Virus record (IMG/VR): IMGVR_UViG_3300045988_176431
Location: 1 to 64,000 of that record
Strand: one strand, 5' to 3'
Source: a virus
Length of the DNA: 64,000 nt
Shown: positions 57,925 through 64,000 of the stretch, one piece after another
Layout of the letters: every line of letters starts with the position of its first letter
How positions within the stretch are numbered: position 1 is the first letter of the stretch
Made by a program: the position numbers and the translations under genes
Notes under the pieces: generated by a model
Told to the model about the DNA's origin: nothing
The model's input: only the letters and a program-made list of their open reading frames with translations
Database searches by the model: none

Positions 57925-60900
57925 ATGTACTTTGTAAACGATTTACCTTATTTAAAAGCAGTTCGTAAAAAAGCTTTTTTGCCAAAGGGTCAACCGATAT
58001 CACAAGGTAATTTAATTTTTCTATTTTCACCATCGATTGAAAAATCATTTGAAATGATCAATGATGAGACAACTGTCCCAAATGGTGGAAAATATTTTTG
58101 GTATTTTTATAACTTATTATATCGAGGAACCATTTATGGAAAACGATATCTTTATCGTGATATGAAAGAAAGACTTGCGATATATAAGCGAGTACCAAAA
58201 GAAACAAATATACGTTCTTATGCAACTAAACCAATTATTAGTGGTACAGAAAAAAGAAACACATATTATGAATTAGCTAGATATTATGAAATATTTAATC
58301 AATATTCAAGTAAATTAAATGCAGTAAAATTGGTTGATTGTTTTTGGAAATACTTTACTCCTATCTTTAAAGATCAATATGGATATTTAGATCATAAATA
58401 TGTCTTAATTAATGCAAATAACTTTAAAGATTTTAAAGGGGATAAATTAAGAGACCAGTTAAATAATCCTTTGTTTTTGATTTATTATACTTTGTGGAAA
58501 CAATTTGATTTGATTGCTGAGTTGGATATTGATTTCATTATTTATGCAAATGGAAAAATCATGAGATTTAACCCATCTAAATGTGATGAAAAATCTTATC
58601 GAATATATCTTAGAGAATTAAAAAAGATATATTCAGTTGCTACAGTTCCAATTGAGACAATTGCTGAAGAAGAAATTAATACTGAGGAAGAAGAAAAAGA
58701 AGAGGAACCGAGAGTAAAGTTTAAATCAGAAAAAATGTCTGTTACTAAAAAAACAGCATTACCAATTGTAGATAAAATTACGGCGGTAGCAACAAAATTG
58801 TCAGCATCTTCAAAAAAGAAGATTGAACAAAAGGTAATTCATAAAGTTTCTTCTGTATCATCTACTATGAATGTCGATAAGATAAAAGATGATGAAAAGA
58901 AAAAAGAGGTTGTAAAAGAAATTCAAAAGAAAGTAGAAGATGAAATTAATACAGATGAAGATGTGATTAAAGAAGTATATAATACAATGCAAAAAGAATT
59001 TGTACCAAAATCAACTTCACGTTCTACTGCTAGAGATAATCTTTTACGAGAAGAACAGAAGAAGTTGAATATCAAAGGTTCAACTTTAAAATCTATTGAA
59101 AAACAAAAAGATGTTGATATTGAAACAACAGATATTACTCAGAATGTAAAAAGCACAAATGAGAATACAAAAATAATCAAGTTTAATAACTTTAATAAAA
59201 CTTATAACGATAAGCTTTTAAATAAAGATATTATGGATTGCTTTACTCAATTGAATAATAAGTCAATTAAGATGTTTATCCGAAATGTCGATATAGAAGA
59301 TACTTCAGATGAATTGAATTATAAAGAAACTTGGACGGTTAAGTTAGAGGATGAAAACAGAAATCGTCATACAATAAAAGTAGATATTCCTAAATTCTTA
59401 GAGTATAAATTTTTATGGCTCGGTGGTAATAGAAAGAATATAAAGAATCAGATGTTCTTTTTACCATTTGTAAAGATTGATAAAGACCGTGTTCTTATTG
59501 TATCTAATTATAATAAGTTTACAATTCAACGAGTGGATACAAAGTCTTTAAGGGGTCTTTCTCGAATTGAAACATTTATTCAGAAATCAGATTCTTTTAA
59601 AGATTACTTTATTTCAGGTAATACTTTCTTTGAAAATAAAGATTTTATTACAGCAATTGAATATGATGAATTTGGAAAGAGTTTTCGTAAATTCCATAAA
59701 TCTCAAACAACGATTTACTTCAGTCAGGTAGAAGCAAAGCATGAGATGGAAAAGAAAATGATAAAGATTAAATCAAATGAAATGTTCATTGGTTTTGAAA
59801 AGGGTGAACCACTTATCCTTAATATTAAAACACAGAAAGATAAAAAGAATCGTGGTATTGTCGATATCATTTTAGATACGATGGATGAAACTCAATTAAA
59901 AGAGTATAAATCTATTAAAACGCCAAAACGGTTGATGCATACTCAGATTACAACAATGAAACAGGATTGTCCACTTATTATCATGCTTTGTATTTGGGAA
60001 GGACTTAGTACGGTATTAAAGAAAGCAAAGATTAAATATCGTTTAGGTGCAAGCATTCGTGATATGAAAGTAAACGAAGATTATATTCGTTTCAAGAATT
60101 GCTATTTGATTTATGAAGATGATATTGAATCTGAATTATTAATCAATGGATTGAAGTTATTAGATACTGCTTCACATGATATTGGTGAATATGAGACACA
60201 AGAAGTTTATCTTCCATATGTTGAAAGGAAATATGGTAGAATAAACGCTATTAATACATTAAATAATGCTTATGAATTTATGCTAGGTTCAATTGAAATA
60301 TCTTTATTAAAAGATATGAATCTTCCAACGGATATTGTATCTCTTTGTATTCATGCAAATGAAGTACTCTGTGATAATCAATACGACAATGAGTTAGTTC
60401 AAACACATTCTCGTATTCGTTGTAATGAAATTATTCCTGCAATTCTTTATGATAAGATTGCAAAAGCTTATACACCATTTAAGAACTCAAATGGTAAAAA
60501 GAAATTATCAATTCCACAAGATTGTGTCATTAAAGAAATTTTAAAGCAAAAAACAGTAGAAGATTATGATTCATTAAATCCTTTATTGGAACTTGAAACG
60601 AATCATGGTGTATCAACAAAAGGATTTCGTGGAATTAATTTGGAGCAGTCTTATAGTGTTCCAAAACGTTGTTATGATGATAGTATGATTGGTGTTATAG
60701 GACCATCTTCATCTCCAGATGGAAATGTAGGTGTAAATCGTTCTCTTACGATGGAACCAAATATTAAAACAGCAAGGGGATATGTAGAAGTAAAGAAAGA
60801 TAATTTGAATGAGGTAAAAGATGTTAATCTTTTCTCTCCAGCAGAACTTTTAATTCCTCTTGGTGTAACACGAGATGATCCAGTTCGAACTGGACATAGT

Positions 60901-61872
60901 GTAAAACAGTCTCGTCATACAATTCCTGTTGTAAAATCTTCACCTGTCCTTATTTCAAATGGTTCAGATGAAATGTGTAAATATTACTTATCTTCTGATT
61001 TTGTTGTAAATGCAAAAATGGATGGTAAAGTAGTTGAAAATGACCCTTCAACAAAAATTATGGTTGTTGAATATAAGGATGGAACTCATCAAGCAATTGA
61101 TTTAGGAAAGAAACTTGCAAAAAATGGTGGTGGAGGTTTTGAATTATCAAATCAATTAATCACAAACTTAACCGTTGGTTCCAGATTTAAAAAGAATGAT
61201 ACACTTGCATGGCATAAAAATTTCTTTAAAAACGATAAATACCAAGGAACACGTTTATGTGTTGGTACATTAGCGAAAGTAGCAATAACTTCTTCTTATA
61301 ATACTTATGAAGATGGTACTTTTGTGACACATGGATTTTCAGAAAAAGCAACAACTGAAATGTGTTTTAAAAAACCTGTCGTAATTGGAAGACACTCAAA
61401 TGTATCTCAGATGGTATCAGTTGGTCAATCAATTAATACTGGTGACCCATTGATTCAGTTTGATGACTCTTTTGAAGAAGCCAATATTAACGTTCTTCTT
61501 AATTCACTTGGTGATAATGAAGAATTAAAGGATGCCGTTATTTCGAATAATAGAAATATTGTAAAATCGAAATATTCTGGTGTAATAGAAGAGATTAAAA
61601 TGTATTCTACAGCAGATTTAGAAGATTTGTCTCCGAGTTTACAAAAAATCTTTAAAAGATATTATGATAAGATAAATAATAGAAAGAAAGTATTGAAAAA
61701 ATACAATGAAAAAGATGGAATTGTGTATTGTGGAATGATGATTAATGAACCTACTGGTAAAGTAGAACCAAATCGTTATGGAACAATACGTGGTGAGAAA
61801 GTAAATGATGGTGTGTTAATTGAGTTTTATATTAAACATCAGGAACCACTAGAAGTTGGTTCCAAAATCGCT
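57925..61872 (+). CDS. multisubunit-RNA-polymerase beta-like subunit, exon 1
   Basis: ATG after AGGTGA. GFRGINLEQSY..RCYDDSMIGVIGPSSSPDGNVGVNRSL aligns with beta RDVH.SHYGR.CPIETPEG.NIGLI.SL. DDPVRTGHSVKQSRHTIPV aligns with DDANRALMGSNMQRQAVP. Ends EVGSKIA, aligning with GDKMA. About 700 aa at the N-terminus have no recognisable similarity. Confidence 0.75.
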
Positions 61873-62224
61873 TAAAGTTAGGTGATTTAAAACTTACCTA
61901 ATTGCGGGAAACTCTCGTTAAGTTCTAGTTACTAACTTATGATAGTAATATACATAAGGGCAAGGGGTAACTCCTAAGGTATAGTAAAAAAACTAGAAAT
62001 AGAGACAATCGACGCAGGGAAGTATCTCTTATGAGATATGGCTTCAACGACTATCGAAAGGATAATATATAGAGAAATCTATATATGAATAACTGAGTAG
62101 AGTAGACCAGTTAATCTGGGTGTACGTTATTGGTACTTTACGAAACGGTAAGTGTTATAAATATGGTAATAGTATTTATAATAAAGATATAGTCTATTCT
62201 ATATAGTGATATATAGTATTAAAG
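61873..62224 (+). ncRNA. group I self-splicing intron (ORF-less)
   Basis: P1: exon UCGCU (61868-61872) pairs with GGUGA (61881-61885), with U.G at 61872. Begins with in-frame TAA and ends in G at 62224. Shares the core with the two other copies. GNRA-capped hairpin ctatata gtga tatatag at 62199-62216. Confidence 0.75.
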
Positions 62225-63157
62225 AATTTTACAGCTTTGAAGAATGTAATTGGTGAAGTTGTTGAAAAAGGTTATGAACCTTATTCTGAATTTAGACCAG
62301 ATGAAGAAATTTCAACATTTATTGCATCAAACTCAATTCTATCACGTATGACACCATCTATTCTTTTAAATGGATTTGGTAATAAATGTATTATCGAATT
62401 AAAACGTGCTTTACAAGATATTTGGGATTCAGTATCAGACTTTGCAGTAAGACGTAATACTATGGAATCATTAATTTATCGATTCTTTACGGCATTTGAT
62501 AAGTCAGGTACTAATACAAAACATTATAAAGAAATCTTTTCTTCTATGTCAGATAATCAATTCCAGACTTATTTTAGAGATTTCTTTGCAGATGAAGATA
62601 AGTATTTAATTCTTACAATTGTAGATTACGAAAGAACGATAAAAATGGAAGATATTAGAAGAGCAGCAAAAGTTCTTAATATACCTTTATATGAATATAT
62701 ATTCATACCACACTTAAATCATAATAAAGAACATCCTATTGTGAGTCCTGCAAAAGTTCCTGTTATTTATATTAATATCAAGAGAACACAGCAGACAGTA
62801 GCAAAGAAAAATGGTTTAAGTACAAATGTAGACGAACGTAGTGCTCTTACTGGTCAGGTGGTACGTCATGATAAAAATGGTAGAGAATCTGATCTTGAAA
62901 ATATCATGCTAACATCACTTGGACTTGATAATTGCTTAAAAGAATTAAATGGACCAAGAGCAGATGATTTAGTGATGAAACAACAGATGAATCAATCAAT
63001 TAATTCAAAAGGATATGTTAAATTATCTGATTTGGATGATAAGATTGAAAATAAAACAACATTGAATACCGTAGATACTTATTTCTTAGGAATGGGTCTT
63101 AAGACAGACTTAGTTACAAAAGGATTAAAAACAATATCTACGTTACGAAAAGAATAA
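62225..63157 (+). CDS. multisubunit-RNA-polymerase beta-like subunit, exon 2
   Basis: Splicing gives GSKIA|NFTALKNVIGEVV with the same spacing as GDKMAGRHGNKGVISKI. Then ASNSILSRMTPSILLNG (LNPLGVPSRMNIGQILE) and LTGQVVRHDKNGRESDLENIML...RADD (GGQRFGEMEVWAL...SDD). Confidence 0.75.
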   Translation, partial: NFTALKNVIGEVVEKGYEPYSEFRPDEEISTFIASNSILSRMTPSILLNGFGNKCIIELKRALQDIWDSVSDFAVRRNTMESLIYRFFTAFDKSGTNTKHYKEIFSSMSDNQFQTYFRDFFADEDKYLILTIVDYERTIKMEDIRRAAKVLNIPLYEYIFIPHLNHNKEHPIVSPAKVPVIYINIKRTQQTVAKKNGLSTNVDERSALTGQVVRHDKNGRESDLENIMLTSLGLDNCLKELNGPRADDLVMKQQMNQSINSKGYVKLSDLDDKIENKTTLNTVDTYFLGMGLKTDLVTKGLKTISTLRKE

Positions 63158-63163
63158 AAAAGA

Positions 63164-63205
63164 AAAATGTAGAACTGAACATTTTCGTTCAGTTCTACAT
63201 TTTAT
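63164..63205. terminator. bidirectional terminator
   Basis: 17-bp stem aaaatgtagaactgaac/gttcagttctacatttt. Confidence 0.75.
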
Positions 63206-63718
63206 TTATTTTCTGTTTTTGTTATTTTTGTTCTTATTTTTATTTTGCTGATTATTTTGTTTGTTGTTTGTTACAGGTTTTTCTTCTTTAACAACTTCTT
63301 CAACAGATTCTTCAGGAGCCTCTTCAACGACATCTACTGTTTCTGATTCTTCTGCTTCTGGTTCAGCAACAACTGTTTTTTCTTCTGTAACGTTTTCTGT
63401 TGATTTCTCCTCTTCAACAGAAGATTCATTTTTTTCTGGTTCATTAACAACTTCCTTCTTTTCATTTTCCTTTACGGATTCAACAACAGGTTTAGTAGCC
63501 TGAGTTTCAAAGTTATTGTTTTTTACATTGGTGAGTTCCAATTTTACTTGATCATCTGTATTATATGGATTACATTCAAATACAGAGCGTCCATTACTAA
63601 TCATTTTAATGATTACTTTAAGATCAATTTTAGTTGGTACCAAAATTGGACCACATACGAAATTTAATTCAGGAATTGGACCTGAATCTTTCACTACTAC
63701 TAATTTACGTTCTTTCAT
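63206..63718 (-). CDS. hypothetical protein with E/V-rich and N/K-rich low-complexity C-terminus
   Basis: Start 63718 after GTGAGG. 170 aa. Confidence 0.7.
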   Translation of the reverse strand: MKERKLVVVKDSGPIPELNFVCGPILVPTKIDLKVIIKMISNGRSVFECNPYNTDDQVKLELTNVKNNNFETQATKPVVESVKENEKKEVVNEPEKNESSVEEEKSTENVTEEKTVVAEPEAEESETVDVVEEAPEESVEEVVKEEKPVTNNKQNNQQNKNKNKNNKNRK

Positions 63719-63719
63719 T

Positions 63720-63992
63720 TTATAAATCCTCACTTTCTTCATCTTCTATATCATCACTCAGACCCATCACATCGTCAATAGACATATCATGATCTGCTTG
63801 AGCAATTCTATTAATTTCTTCATTTCTGTCTGCATCATCATCTGGAATCTGATCAATCGCATCATCCAATTGCTCATCTGTAAATTCCGTAGAATCAAAT
63901 GCATCAGGACACATATGTTTTACCGAATCTATGGCATCGTTGATTTCTGCATCTTCGACAATACATTTTGTATACTCCATATCTCTGACCAT
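63720..63992 (-). CDS. very acidic hypothetical protein (start near the window edge)
   Basis: 90-aa D/E-rich ORF. The true start cannot be checked because the window ends at 64000. Confidence 0.55.
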   Translation of the reverse strand: MVRDMEYTKCIVEDAEINDAIDSVKHMCPDAFDSTEFTDEQLDDAIDQIPDDDADRNEEINRIAQADHDMSIDDVMGLSDDIEDEESEDL

Positions 63993-64000
63993 CTCAGCTC

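Noticed and set aside
1-64000. Stop-codon reassignment as an explanation for the in-frame TAA at 24424
   Set aside because: TAA, TAG and TGA all end well-defined genes directly before terminators elsewhere in the window, so there is no sign of global recoding.
1-64000. tRNA, rRNA or tmRNA genes
   Set aside because: No GC-enriched ~75-nt cloverleaf-like segments were seen in any intergenic gap. The only structured noncoding RNAs I can support are the three introns.

Overview
Visibly AT-rich segment of a large, probably jumbo, tailed phage genome of Firmicutes type. Genes have strong AAAGGAGG-like ribosome binding sites and many TTG/GTG starts, and they sit in short transcription units bounded by stem-loop terminators. 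Replication, transcription, packaging and virion genes are interleaved. Recognisable genes: a giant tape-measure-like protein running off the left edge, an IF-1 homologue, an HU-like protein, dCTP deaminase, a PhuZ/TubZ-like tubulin, a two-gene type II topoisomerase, a RecD/Dda-like helicase, a primase, a T4 gp17-like large terminase, an AAA+ ATPase and a multisubunit-RNAP beta-like gene. The main result is three related group I introns (775, 383 and 352 nt) that interrupt the topoisomerase ATPase gene, the terminase gene and the RNAP beta-like gene, each inside a catalytic motif. Exact splice junctions are proposed for all three. The longest intron carries a remnant homing-endonuclease ORF. 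Other points of interest: a six-member paralog family (five in tandem), a second paralog pair with an HNH-like His pattern, a kinase-like protein, an in-frame TAA between two ORFs, a recurrent TTTATATATTAT promoter-like motif, and a 558-bp noncoding island with twin G7 runs, an A-rich tract and an orphan terminator. The gene combination recalls AR9/PBS1- or phiKZ-like giant phages, but that cannot be verified without a database search. No tRNA, rRNA or CRISPR array was seen.
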